From Eledone cirrhosa (lineage: Eukaryota), in NCBI GenBank assembly GCA_964016885.1, contig OZ024752.1:33914001-33978000 (forward strand): 64,000 nt of DNA, in the 5' to 3' direction. Within the stretch, counting starts at the first letter, position 1. Each line of letters begins with the position of its first letter. Shown piece by piece: positions 41,101-56,399 of this stretch. Made by a program: the position numbers and the translations under genes. The notes beneath the pieces were generated by a model, which did no database searches, was not told where the DNA came from, and was given only the letters and a program-made list of their open reading frames with translations.

Positions 41101-44100
41101 CACTGTCTATGTGTTTAACCCTTTCATTACTGTATGTCTAATGAAAGACACTGTCTGTGTTTAACCCTTTCATTACTGTATGTCTAATGAAAGACACTGT
41201 CTATGTATTTAATCCTTTCATTACTGTATGTCTAATGAAAGACACTGTCTATGTCTTTAACCCTTTCATTACTGTATGTCTAATGAAAGACACTGTCTGT
41301 GTTTAACCCTTTCATTACTGTATGTCTAATGAAAGACACAGTCTATGTGTTTAATCCTTTCATTACTGTATGTCTAATGAAAGACACTGTCTATGTGTTT
41401 AACCCTTTCATTACTGTATGTCTATTGAAAGACACTGTCTATGTTGAATCCTTTCATTACTGTATGTCTAATGAAAGACACTGTTTATGTGTTTAATCCT
41501 TTCATTACTGTATGTCTAATAAAAGGGACTGTCTATGTGTTTAACCCTTTCATTACTGTATGTCTAATGAAAGACACTGTCTATGTATTTAATCCTTTCA
41601 TTACTGTATGTCTAATAAAAGGGACTGTCTATGTGTTTAACCCTTTCATTACTGTATGTCTAATGAAAGACACTGTCTATGTCTTTAACCCTTTCATTAC
41701 TGTATGTCTAATGAAAGACACTGTCTGTGTTTAACCCTTGCATTACTGTATGTCTAATGAAAGACACTGTCTATGTGTTTAATCCTTTCATTACTGTATG
41801 TCTAATGAAAGACACTGTCTATGTCTTCAACCCTTTCATTACTGTATGTCTAATGAAAGACACTGTCTGTGTTTAACCCTTTCATTACTGTATGTCTAAT
41901 GAAAGACACTGTCTATGTGTTTAACCCTTTCATTACTGTATTTCTAATGAAAGACACTGTCTATGTGTTTAATCCTTTCATTACTGTATGTCTAATGAAA
42001 GACACTGTCTATGTGTTTAACCCTTTCATTACTGTATATCTAATGAAAGACACTGTCTATGTGTTTAACCCTTTCATTATTGTATGTCTAATGAAAGACA
42101 CTGTCTATGTGTTTAAGCCTTTCATTACTGTATGTCTAATGAAAGACACTGTCTATGTGTTTTACCATTTCATTACTGTATGTCTAATGAAAGACACTGT
42201 CTATGTGTTTAACCCTTTCATTACTGTATGTCTAATGAAAGAAACTGTCTATGTCTTTAACCCTTTCATTACTGTATGTCTAATGAAAGACACTGTCTAT
42301 GTCTTTAACCCTTTCATTACTGTATGTCTAATGAAAGACACTGTCTATGTCTTTAACCCTTTATTTACTGTATTTGTAATGAAAGACACTGTCTATGTGT
42401 TTAATCCTTTCATTACTGTATGTCTAATGAAAGACACTGTCTATGTGTTTAACCCTTTCATTACTGTATGTCTAATGAAAGAAACTGTCTATGTGTTTAA
42501 CCCTTTCATTACTGTATGTCTATTGAAAGACACTGTCTATGTTGAATCCTTTCATTACTGTATGTCTAATGAAAGACACTGTTTATGTGTTTAATCCTTT
42601 CATTACTGTATGTCTAATAAAAGGGACTGTCTATGTGTTTAACCCTTTCATTACTGTATGTCTAATGAAAGACACTGTCTATGTGTTTAACCCTTTCATT
42701 ACTGTATGTCTAATGAAAGACACTGTCTATGTGTTTAACCCTTTCATTACTGTATGTCTAATGAAAGACACTGTCTATGTATTTAATCCTTTCATTACTG
42801 TATGTCTAATGAAAGACACTGTCTATGTGTTTAACCCTTTCATTACTGTATATCTAATGAAAGACACTGTCTATGTGTTTAATCCTTTCATTACTGTATG
42901 TCTAATGAAAGACACTGTCTATGTGTTTAACCCTTTCATTACTGTATGTCTAATGAAAGACACTGTCTATGTGTTTTACCATTTCATTACTGTATGTCTA
43001 ATGAAAGACACTGTCTATGTGTTTAACCCTTTCATTACTGTATGTCTAATGAAATAAACTGTCTATGTCTTTAATCCTTTCATTACTGTATGTCTAATGA
43101 AAGACACTGTCTATGTCTTTAACCCTTTCATTACTGTATGTCTAATGAAAGACACTGTCTATGTCTTTAACCCTTTATTTACTGTATTTGTAATGAAAGA
43201 CACTGTCTATGTGTTTAATCCTTTCATTACTGTATGTCTAATGAAAGACACTGTCTATGTGTTTAACCCTTTCATTACTGTATGTCTAATGAAAGAAACT
43301 GTCTATGTCTTTAACCCTTTCATTACTGTATGTCTAATGAAAGACACTATGTCTTTAACCCTTTCATTACTGTATGTCTAATGAAAGACACTGTCTATGT
43401 CTTTAACCCTTTATTTACTGTATTTGTAATGAAAGACACTGTCTATGTGTTTAATTCTTTCATTACTGTATGTCTATTGAAAGACACTGTCTATGTTTAA
43501 TACTTTCATTACTGTATGTCTAATGAAAGACACTGTTTATGTGTTTAATCCTTTCATTACTGTATGTCTAATGAAAGACACTGTTATGTGTTTAATCCTT
43601 TCATTACTGTATGTCTAATAAAAGGGACTGTCTATGTGTTTAACTCTTTCATTACTGTAGGTCTAATGAAAGACACTGTCTATGTGTTTAACCCTTTCAT
43701 TACTGTATGTCTAATGAAAGACACTGTCTATGTATTTAATCCTTTCATTACTGTATGTCTAATGAAAGACACTGTCTATGTCTTTAACCCTTTCATTACT
43801 GTATGTCTAATGAAAGACACTGTCTGTGTTTAACCCTTTCATTACTGTATGTCTAATGAAAGACATTGTCTGTGTGTTTAACCCTTTCATTACTGTATGT
43901 CTAATGAAAGACACTGTCTATGTATTTAATCCTTTCATTACTGTATGTCTAATGAAAGACACAGTCTATGTGTTTAATCCTTTCATTACTGTATGTCTAA
44001 TGAAAGACACAGTCTATGTGTTTAATCCTTTCATTACTGTATGTCTAATGAAAGACACTGTCTATGTGTTTAACCCTTTCATTACTGTATGTCTAATGAA

Positions 44101-47100
44101 AGCCCTTTCATTACTGTATTTCTAATGAAAGACACTGTCTATGTGTTTAATCCTTTCATGACTGTATGTCTAATGAAAGACACTGTCTATGTGTTTAATC
44201 CTTTCATTACTGTATGTCTAATGAAAGACACTGTCTATGTGTTTAACCCTTTCATTACTGTATGTCTATTGAAAGACACAGTCTATGTGTTTAATCCTTT
44301 CATTACTGTATGTCTAATGAAAGACACTGTCTATGTGTTTAACCCTTTCATTACTGTATGTCTAATGAAAGCCCTTTCATTACTGTATTTCTAATGAAAG
44401 ACACTGTCTATGTGTTTAATCCTTTCATTACTGTATGTCTAATGAAAGACACTGTCTATGTGTTTAACCCTTTCATTACTGTATGTCTATTGAAAGACAC
44501 TGTCTATGTTGAATCCTTTCATTACTGTATGTCTAATGAAAGACACTGTTTATGTGTTTAATCCTTTCATTACTGTATGTCTAATAAAAGGGACTGTCTA
44601 TGTGTTTAACCCTTTCATTACTGTATGTCTAATGAAAGACACTGTCTATGTGTTTAACCCTTTCATTACTGTATGTCTAATGAAAGACACTGTCTATGTA
44701 TTTAATCCTTTCATTACTGTATGTCTAATGAAAGACACTGTCTATGTGTTTAACCCTTTCATTACTGTATATCTAATGAAAGACACTGTCTATGTGTTTA
44801 ACCCTTTCATTACTGTATGTCTAATGAAAGACAGTGTCTATGTGTTTAACCCTTTCATTACTGTATGTCTAATGAAAGACACTGTCTATGTGTTTTACCA
44901 TTTCATTACTGTATGTCTAATGAAAGACACTGTCTATGTGTTTAACCCTTTCATTACTGTATGTCTAATGAAATAAACTGTCTATGTCTTTAATCCTTTC
45001 ATTACTGTATGTCTAATGAAAGACACTGTCTATGTCTTTAACCCTTTCATTACTGTATGTCTAATGAAAGACACTGTCTATGTCTTTAACCCTTTATTTA
45101 CTGTATTTGTAATGAAAGACACTGTCTATGTGTTTAATCCTTTCATTACTGTATGTCTAATGAAAGACACTGTCTATGTGTTTAACCCTTTCATTACTGT
45201 ATGTCTAATGAAAGAAACTGTCTATGTCTTTAACCCTTTCATTACTGTATGTCTAATGAAAGACACTGTCTATGTCTTTAACCCTTTCATTACTGTATGT
45301 CTAATGAAAGACACTGTCTATGTCTTTAACCCTTTATTTACTGTATTTGTAATGAAAGACACTGTCTATGTGTTTAATTCTTTCATTACTGTATGTCTAT
45401 TGAAAGACACTGTCTATGTTTAATACTTTCATTACTGTATGTCTAATGAAAGACACTGTTTATGTGTTTAATCCTTTCATTACTGTATGTCTAATGAAAG
45501 ACACTGTTATGTGTTTAATCCTTTCATTACTGTATGTCTAATAAAAGGGACTGTCTATGTGTTTAACTCTTTCATTACTGTAGGTCTAATGAAAGACACT
45601 GTCTATGTGTTTAACCCTTTCATTACTGTATGTCTAATGAAAGACACTGTCTATGTATTTAATCCTTTCATTACTGTATGTCTAATGAAAGACACTGTCT
45701 ATGTCTTTAACCCTTTCATTACTGTATGTCTAATGAAAGACACTGTCTGTGTTTAACCCTTTCATTACTGTATGTCTAATGAAAGACATTGTCTGTGTGT
45801 TTAACCCTTTCATTACTGTATGTCTAATGAAAGACACTGTCTATGTATTTAATCCTTTCATTACTGTATGTCTAATGAAAGACACTGTCTATGTCTTTAA
45901 CCCTTTCATTACTGTATGTCTAATGAAAGACACTGTCTGTGTTTAACCCTTTCATTACTGTATGTCTAATGAAAGACACTGTCTATGTGTTTAATCCTTT
46001 CATTACTGTATGTCTAATGAAAGACACTGTCTATGTCTTCAACCCTTTCATTACTGTATGTCTAATGAAAGACACTGTCTGTGTTTAACCCTTTCATTAC
46101 TGTATGTCTAATGAAAGACACTGTCTATGTGTTTAACCCTTTCATTACTGTATTTCTAATGAAAGACACTGTCTATGTGTTTAATCCTTTCATTACTGTA
46201 TGTCTAATGAAAGACACTGTCTATGTGTTTAACCCTTTCATTACTGTATATCTAATGAAAGACACTGTCTATGTGTTTAACCCTTTCATTATTGTATGTC
46301 TAATGAAAGACACTGTCTATGTGTTTAAGCCTTTCATTACTGTATGTCTAATGAAAGACACTGTCTATGTGTTTTACCATTTCATTACTGTATGTCTAAT
46401 GAAAGACACTGTCTATGTGTTTAACCCTTTCATTACTGTATGTCTAATGAAAGACACTGTCTGTGTTTAACCCTTTCATTACTGTATGTCTAATGAAAGA
46501 CACAGTCTATGTGTTTAATCCTTTCATTACTGTATGTCTAATGAAAGACACTGTCTATGTGTTTAACCCTTTCATTACTGTATGTCTATTGAAAGACACT
46601 GTCTATGTTGAATCCTTTCATTACTGTATGTCTAATGAAAGACACTGTTTATGTGTTTAATCCTTTCATTACTGTATGTCTAATAAAAGGGACTGTCTAT
46701 GTGTTTAACCCTTTCATTACTGTATGTCTAATGAAAGACACTGTCTATGCATTTAATCCTTTCATTACTGTATGTCTAATAAAAGGGACTGTCTATGTGT
46801 TTAACCCTTTCATTACTGTATGTCTAATGAAAGACACTGTCTATGTCTTTAACCCTTTCATTACTGTATGTCTAATGAAAGACACTGTCTGTGTTTAACC
46901 CTTTCATTACTGTATGTCTAATGAAAGACACTGTCTATGTGTTTAATCCTTTCATTACTGTATGTCTAATGAAAGACACTGTCTATGTCTTCAACCCTTT
47001 CATTACTGTATGTCTAATGAAAGACACTGTCTGTGTTTAACCCTTTCATTACTGTATGTCTAATGAAAGACACTGTCTATGTGTTTAACCCTTTCATTAC

Positions 47101-50100
47101 TGTATTTCTAATGAAAGACACTGTCTATGTGTTTAATCCTTTCATTACTGTATGTCTAATGAAAGACACTGTCTATGTGTTTAACCCTTTCATTACTGTA
47201 TATCTAATGAAAGACACTGTCTATGTGTTTAACCCTTTCATTATTGTATGTCTAATGAAAGACACTGTCTATGTGTTTAAGCCTTTCATTACTGTATGTC
47301 TAATGAAAGACACTGTCTATGTGTTTTACCATTTCATTACTGTATGTCTAATGAAAGACACTGTCTATGTGTTTAACCCTTTCATTACTGTATGTCTAAT
47401 GAAAGAAACTGTCTATGTCTTTAACCCTTTCATTACTGTATGTCTAATGAAAGACACTGTCTATGTCTTTAACCCTTTCATTACTGTATGTCTAATGAAA
47501 GACACTGTCTATGTCTTTAACCCTTTATTTACTGTATTTGTAATGAAAGACACTGTCTATGTGTTTAATCCTTTCATTACTGTATGTCTAATGAAAGACA
47601 CTGTTTATGTGTTTAATCCTTTCATTACTGTATGTCTAATAAAAGGGACTGTCTATGTGTTTAACCCTTTCATTACTGTATGTCTAATGAAAGACACTGT
47701 CTATGTATTTAATCCTTTCATTACTGTATGTCTAATAAAAGGGACTGTCTATGTGTTTAACCCTTTCATTACTGTATGTCTAATGAAAGACACTGTCTAT
47801 GTCTTTAACCCTTTCATTACTGTATGTCTAATGAAAGACACTGTCTGTGTTTAACCCTTTCATTACTGTATGTCTAATGAAAGACACTGTCTATGTGTTT
47901 AATCCTTTCATTACTGTATGTCTAATGAAAGACACTGTCTATGTCTTCAACCCTTTCATTACTGTATGTCTAATGAAAGACACTGTCTGTGTTTAACCCT
48001 TTCATTACTGTATGTCTAATGAAAGACACTGTCTATGTGTTTAACCCTTTCATTACTGTATTTCTAATGAAAGACACTGTCTATGTGTTTAATCCTTTCA
48101 TTACTGTATGTCTAATGAAAGACACTGTCTATGTGTTTAACCCTTTCATTACTGTATATCTAATGAAAGACACTGTCTATGTGTTTAACCCTTTCATTAT
48201 TGTATGTCTAATGAAAGACACTGTCTATGTGTTTAAGCCTTTCATTACTGTATGTCTAATGAAAGACACTGTCTATGTGTTTTACCATTTCATTACTGTA
48301 TGTCTAATGAAAGACACTGTCTATGTGTTTAACCCTTTCATTACTGTATGTCTAATGAAAGAAACTGTCTGTCTTTAACCCTTTCATTACTGTATGTCTA
48401 ATGAAAGACACTGTCTATGTCTTTAACCCTTTCATTACTGTATGTCTAATGAAAGACACTGTCTATGTCTTTAACCCTTTATTTACTGTATTTGTAATGA
48501 AAGACACTGTCTATGTGTTTAATCCTTTCATTACTGTATGTCTAATGAAAGACACTGTCTATGTGTTTAACCCTTTCATTACTGTATGTCTAATGAAAGA
48601 AACTGTCTATGTCTTTAACCCTTTCATTACTGTATGTCTAATGAAAGACACTGTCTATGTCTTTAACCCTTTCATTACTGTATGTCTACTGAAAGACACT
48701 GTCTATGTCTTTAACCCTTTATTTACTGTATTTGTAATGAAAGACACTGTCTATGTGTTTAACCCTTTCATTACTGTATGTCTAATGAAAGACACTGTCT
48801 ATGTATTTAATCCTTTCATTACTGTATGTCTAATGAAAGACACAGTCTATGTGTTTAATCCTTTCATTACTGTATGTCTAATGAAAGACACTGTCTATGT
48901 GTTTAACCCTTTCATTACTGTATGTCTAATGAAAGACACAGTCTATGTGTTTAATCCTTTCATTACTGTATGTCTAATGAAAGACACAGTCTATGTGTTT
49001 AATCCTTTCATTACTGTATGTCTAATGAAAGACACTGTCTATGTGTTTAACCCTTTCATTACTGTATGTCTAATGAAATACACAGTCTATGTGTTTAACC
49101 CTTTTATTACTGTATGTCTAATGAAAGACACAGTCTATGTGTTTAATCCTTTCATTACTGTATGTCTAATGAAAGACACTGTCTATGTGTTTAACCCTTT
49201 CATTACTGTATGTCTAATGAAAGCCCTTTCATTACTGTATTTCTAATGAAAGACACTGTCTATGTGTTTAATCCTTTCATTACTGTATGTCTAATGAAAG
49301 ACACTGTCTATGTGTTTAATCCTTTCATTGCTGTATGTCTAATGAAAGACACTGTCTATGTGTTTAACCCTTTCATTACTGTATGTCTATTGAAAGACAC
49401 TGTCTATGTGTTTAATCCTTTCATTACTGTATGTCTAATGAAAGACACAGTCTATGTGTTTAATCCTTTCATTACTGTATGTCTAATGAAAGACACAGTC
49501 TGTCTTTAACCCTTTCATTACTGTATGTCTAATGAAAGACACTGTCTGTGTGTTTAACCCTTTCATTACTGTATGTCTAATGAAAGACACAGTCTATGTA
49601 TTTAATCCTTTCATTACTGTATGTCTAATGAAAGACACTGTCTATGTCTTTAATCCTTTCATTACTGTATGTCTAATAAAAGGGACTGTCTATGTGTTTA
49701 ACTCTTTCATGACTGTAGGTCTAATGAAAGACACTGTCTATGTGTTTAACCCTTTCATTACTGTATGTCTAATGAAAGACACTGTCTATGTATTTAATCC
49801 TTTCATTACTGTATGTCTAATGAAAGACACTGTCTGTGTTTAACCCTTTCATTACTGTATGTCTAATGAAAGACACAGTCTATGTGTTTAATCCTTTCAT
49901 TACTGTATGTCTAATGAAAGACACAGTCTGTGTTTAACCCTTTCATTACTGTATGTCTAATGAAAGACACTGTCTGTGTGTTTAACCCTTTCATTACTGT
50001 ATGTCGAATGAAAGACACAGTCTATGTGTTTAATCCTTTCATTACTGTATGTCTAATAAAAGACACAGTCTATGTGTTTAACCGTTTCATTACTGTATGT

Positions 50101-53100
50101 CTAATGAAAGACACAGTCTATGTGTTTAACCCTTTCATTACTGTATGTCTTATGAAAGACACTGTCTATGTTGAATCCTTTCATTACTGTATGTCTAATG
50201 AAAGACACTGTTTATGTGTTTAATCCTTTCATTACTGTATGTCTAATGAAAGACACTGTCTATGTCTTTAACACTTTCATTACTGTATGTCTAATAAAAG
50301 GGACTGTCTATGTGTTTAACCCTTTCATTACTGTATGTCTAATGAAAGACGCTGTCTATGTGTTTAACCCTTTCATTACTGTATGTCTAATGAAAGACAC
50401 TGTCTATGTATTTAATCCTTTCATTACTGTATGTCTAATGAAAGACACTGTCTATGTGTTTAACCCTTTCATTACTGTATATCTAATGAAAGACACTGTC
50501 TATGTGTTTAACCCTTTCATTACTGTATGTCTAATGAAAGACACTGTCTGTGTTTAACCCTTTCATTACTGTATGTCTAATGAAAGACACTGTCTATGTA
50601 TTTAATCCTTTCATTACTGTATGTCTAATGAAAGACACTGTCTATGTCTTTAACCCTTTCATTACTGTATGTCTAATGAAAGACACTGTCTGTGTTTAAC
50701 CCTTTCATTACTGTATGTCTAATGAAAGACACAGTCTATGTGTTTAATCCTTTCATTACTGTATGTCTAATGAAAGACACTGTCTATGTGTTTAACCCTT
50801 TCATTACTGTATGTCTATTGAAAGACACTGTCTATGTTGAATCCTTTCATTACTGTATGTCTAATGAAAGACACTGTTTATGTGTTTAATCCTTTCATTA
50901 CTGTATGTCTAATAAAAGGGACTGTCTATGTGTTTAACCCTTTCATTACTGTATGTCTAATGAAAGACACTGTCTATGTATTTAATCCTTTCATTACTGT
51001 ATGTCTAATAAAAGGGACTGTCTATGTGTTTAACCCTTTCATTACTGTATGTCTAATGAAAGACACTGTCTATGTCTTTAACCCTTTCATTACTGTATGT
51101 CTAATGAAAGACACTGTCTGTGTTTAACCCTTGCATTACTGTATGTCTAATGAAAGACACTGTCTATGTGTTTAATCCTTTCATTACTGTATGTCTAATG
51201 AAAGACACTGTCTATGTCTTCAACCCTTTCATTACTGTATGTCTAATGAAAGACACTGTCTGTGTTTAACCCTTTCATTACTGTATGTCTAATGAAAGAC
51301 ACTGTCTATGTGTTTAACCCTTTCATTACTGTATTTCTAATGAAAGACACTGTCTATGTGTTTAATCCTTTCATTACTGTATGTCTAATGAAAGACACTG
51401 TCTATGTGTTTAACCCTTTCATTACTGTATATCTAATGAAAGACACTGTCTATGTGTTTAACCCTTTCATTATTGTATGTCTAATGAAAGACACTGTCTA
51501 TGTGTTTAAGCCTTTCATTACTGTATGTCTAATGAAAGACACTGTCTATGTGTTTTACCATTTCATTACTGTATGTCTAATGAAAGACACTGTCTATGTG
51601 TTTAACCCTTTCATTACTGTATGTCTAATGAAAGAAACTGTCTATGTCTTTAACCCTTTCATTACTGTATGTCTAATGAAAGACACTGTCTATGTCTTTA
51701 ACCCTTTCATTACTGTATGTCTAATGAAAGACACTGTCTATGTCTTTAACCCTTTATTTACTGTATTTGTAATGAAAGACACTGTCTATGTGTTTAATCC
51801 TTTCATTACTGTATGTCTAATGAAAGACACTGTCTATGTGTTTAACCCTTTCATTACTGTATGTCTAATGAAAGAAACTGTCTATGTGTTTAACCCTTTC
51901 ATTACTGTATGTCTATTGAAAGACACTGTCTATGTTGAATCCTTTCATTACTGTATGTCTAATGAAAGACACTGTTTATGTGTTTAATCCTTTCATTACT
52001 GTATGTCTAATAAAAGGGACTGTCTATGTGTTTAACCCTTTCATTACTGTATGTCTAATGAAAGACACTGTCTATGTGTTTAACCCTTTCATTACTGTAT
52101 GTCTAATGAAAGACACTGTCTATGTGTTTAACCCTTTCATTACTGTATGTCTAATGAAAGACACTGTCTATGTATTTAATCCTTTCATTACTGTATGTCT
52201 AATGAAAGACACTGTCTATGTGTTTAACCCTTTCATTACTGTATATCTAATGAAAGACACTGTCTATGTGTTTAATCCTTTCATTACTGTATGTCTAATG
52301 AAAGACACTGTCTATGTGTTTAACCCTTTCATTACTGTATGTCTAATGAAAGACACTGTCTATGTGTTTTACCATTTCATTACTGTATGTCTAATGAAAG
52401 ACACTGTCTATGTGTTTAACCCTTTCATTACTGTATGTCTAATGAAATAAACTGTCTATGTCTTTAATCCTTTCATTACTGTATGTCTAATGAAAGACAC
52501 TGTCTATGTCTTTAACCCTTTCATTACTGTATGTCTAATGAAAGACACTGTCTATGTCTTTAACCCTTTATTTACTGTATTTGTAATGAAAGACACTGTC
52601 TATGTGTTTAATCCTTTCATTACTGTATGTCTAATGAAAGACACTGTCTATGTGTTTAACCCTTTCATTACTGTATGTCTAATGAAAGAAACTGTCTATG
52701 TCTTTAACCCTTTCATTACTGTATGTCTAATGAAAGACACTATGTCTTTAACCCTTTCATTACTGTATGTCTAATGAAAGACACTGTCTATGTCTTTAAC
52801 CCTTTATTTACTGTATTTGTAATGAAAGACACTGTCTATGTGTTTAATTCTTTCATTACTGTATGTCTATTGAAAGACACTGTCTATGTTTAATACTTTC
52901 ATTACTGTATGTCTAATGAAAGACACTGTTTATGTGTTTAATCCTTTCATTACTGTATGTCTAATGAAAGACACTGTTATGTGTTTAATCCTTTCATTAC
53001 TGTATGTCTAATAAAAGGGACTGTCTATGTGTTTAACTCTTTCATTACTGTAGGTCTAATGAAAGACACTGTCTATGTGTTTAACCCTTTCATTACTGTA

Positions 53101-55080
53101 TGTCTAATGAAAGACACTGTCTATGTATTTAATCCTTTCATTACTGTATGTCTAATGAAAGACACTGTCTATGTCTTTAACCCTTTCATTACTGTATGTC
53201 TAATGAAAGACACTGTCTGTGTTTAACCCTTTCATTACTGTATGTCTAATGAAAGACATTGTCTGTGTGTTTAACCCTTTCATTACTGTATGTCTAATGA
53301 AAGACACTGTCTATGTATTTAATCCTTTCATTACTGTATGTCTAATGAAAGACACAGTCTATGTGTTTAATCCTTTCATTACTGTATGTCTAATGAAAGA
53401 CACAGTCTATGTGTTTAATCCTTTCATTACTGTATGTCTAATGAAAGACACTGTCTATGTGTTTAACCCTTTCATTACTGTATGTCTAATGAAAGCCCTT
53501 TCATTACTGTATTTCTAATGAAAGACACTGTCTATGTGTTTAATCCTTTCATTACTGTATGTCTAATGAAAGACACTGTCTATGTGTTTAATCCTTTCAT
53601 TACTGTATGTCTAATGAAAGACACTGTCTATGTGTTTAACCCTTTCATTACTGTATGTCTATTGAAAGACACAGTCTATGTGTTTAATCCTTTCATTACT
53701 GTATGTCTAATGAAAGACACTGTCTATGTGTTTAACCCTTTCATTACTGTATGTCTAATGAAAGCCCTTTCATTACTGTATTTCTAATGAAAGACACTGT
53801 CTATGTGTTTAATCCTTTCATTACTGTATGTCTAATGAAAGACACTGTCTATGTGTTTAACCCTTTCATTACTGTATGTCTATTGAAAGACACTGTCTAT
53901 GTGTTTAACCCTTTCATTACTGTATGTCTATTGAAAGACACTGTCTATGTTGAATCCTTTCATTACTGTATGTCTAATAAAAGGGACTGTCTATGTGTTT
54001 AACCCTTTCATTACTGTATGTCTAATGAAAGACACTGTCTATGTGTTTAACCCTTTCATTACTGTATGTCTAATGAAAGACACTGTCTATGTATTTAATC
54101 CTTTCATTACTGTATGTCTAATGAAAGACACTGTCTATGTGTTTAACCCTTTCATTACTGTATATCTAATGAAAGACACTGTCTATGTGTTTAACCCTTT
54201 CATTACTGTATGTCTAATGAAAGACAGTGTCTATGTGTTTAACCCTTTCATTACTGTATGTCTAATGAAAGACACTGTCTATGTGTTTTACCATTTCATT
54301 ACTGTATTTGTAATGAAAGACACTGTCTATGTGTTTAATCCTTTCATTACTGTATGTCTAATGAAAGACACTGTCTATGTGTTTAACCCTTTCATTACTG
54401 TATGTCTAATGAAAGAAACTGTCTATGTCTTTAACCCTTTCATTACTGTATGTCTAATGAAAGACACTGTCTATGTCTTTAACCCTTTCATTACTGTATG
54501 TCTAATGAAAGACACTGTCTATGTCTTTAACCCTTTATTTACCGTATTTGTAATGAAAGACACTGTCTATGTGTTTAATTCTTTCATTACTGTATGTCTA
54601 TTGAAAGACACTGTCTATGTTTAATACTTTCATTACTGTATGTCTAATGAAAGACACTGTTTGTGTTTAATCCTTTCATTACTGTATGTCTAATGAAAGA
54701 CACTGTTATGTGTTTAATCCTTTCATTACTGTATGTCTAATAAAAGGGACTGTCTATGTGTTTAACTCTTTCATTACTGTAGGTCTAATGAAAGACACTG
54801 TCTATGTGTTTAACCCTTTCATTACTGTATGTCTAATGAAAGACACTGTCTATGTATTTAATCCTTTCATTACTGTATGTCTAATGAAAGACACTGTCTA
54901 TGTCTTTAACCCTTTCATTACTGTATGTCTAATGAAAGACACTGTCTGTGTTTAACCCTTTCATTACTGTATGTCTAATGAAAGACATTGTCTGTGTGTT
55001 TAACCCTTTCATTACTGTATGTCTAATGAAAGACACTGTCTATGTATTTAATCCTTTCATTACTGTATGTCTAATGAAAG
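26980..55080. repeat. About three copies of a 9.4-kb higher-order unit (period 9393 bp in the core; boundaries approximate)
   Basis: 33704->43097->52490, 34171->43564->52957, 36688->46081, 39817->49210 and 41869->51262 are all 9393 apart. Earlier offsets are 9491, 9489 and 9441 (27197->36688, 30328->39817, 32428->41869), differing by 2- and 48-bp indels. Confidence 0.9.
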
Positions 55081-56399
55081 ACACTGTCTATGTATTTAAT
55101 CCTTTCATTACTGTAAGTCTAATGAAAGACACTGTCTGTGTTTAACCCTTTCATTACTGTATGTCTAATGAAAGACACAGTCTATGTGTTTAATCCTTTC
55201 ATTACTGTATGTCTAATGAAAGACACAGTCTATGTGTTTAATCCTTTCATTACTGTATGTCTAATGAAAGACACAGTCTGTGTTTAACCCTTTCATTACT
55301 GTATGTCTAATGAAAGACACTGTCTGTGTGTTTAACCCTTTCATTACTGTATGTCTAATGAAAGACACAGTCTATGTATTTAATCCTTTCATTACTGTAT
55401 GTCTAATGAAAGACACTGTCTATGTCTTTAATCCTTTCATTACTGTATGTCTAATGAAAGACACTGTCTGTGTTTAACCCTTTCATTACTGTATGTCTAA
55501 TGAAAGACACAGTCTATGTGTTTAATCCTTTCATTACTGTATGTCTAATGAAAGACACAGTCTATGTGTTTAATCCTTTCATTACTGTATGTCTAATGAA
55601 AGACACAGTCTGTGTTTAACCCTTTCATTACTGTATGTCTAATGAAAGACACTGTCTGTGTGTTTAACCCTTTCATTACTGTATGTCGAATGAAAGACAC
55701 AGTCTATGTGTTTAATCCTTTCATTACTGTATGTCTAATAAAAGACACAGTCTATGTGTTTAACCGTTTCATTACTGTATGTCTAATGAAAGACACAGTC
55801 TATGTGTTTAACCCTTTCATTACTGTATGTCTTATAAAAGACACTGTCTATGTTGAATCCTTTCATTACTGTATGTCTAATGAAAGACACTGTTTATGTG
55901 TTTAATCCTTTCATTACTGTATGTCTAATGAAAGACACTGTCTATGTCTTTAACCCTTTCATTACTGTATGTCTAATGAAAGACACTGTCTATGTGTTTA
56001 ACCCTTTCATTACTGTATGTCTAATGAAAGACACTGTCTATGTGTTTAACCCTTTCATTACTGTATGTCTAATGAAAGACACTGTCTATGTATTTAATCC
56101 TTTCATTACTGTATGTCTAATGAAAGACACTGTCTATGTCTTTAACCCTTTCATTACTGTATGTCTAATGAAAGACACTGTCTGTGTTTAACCCTTTCAT
56201 TACTGTATGTCTAATGAAAGACATTGTCTGTGTGTTTAACCCTTTCATTACTGTATGTCTAATGAAAGACACAGTCTATGTGTTTAATCCTTTCATTACT
56301 GTATGTCTAATGAAAGACACTGTCTATGTATTTAATCCTTTCATTACTGTAAGTCTAATGAAAGACACTGTCTGTGTTTAACCCTTTCATTACTGTATG

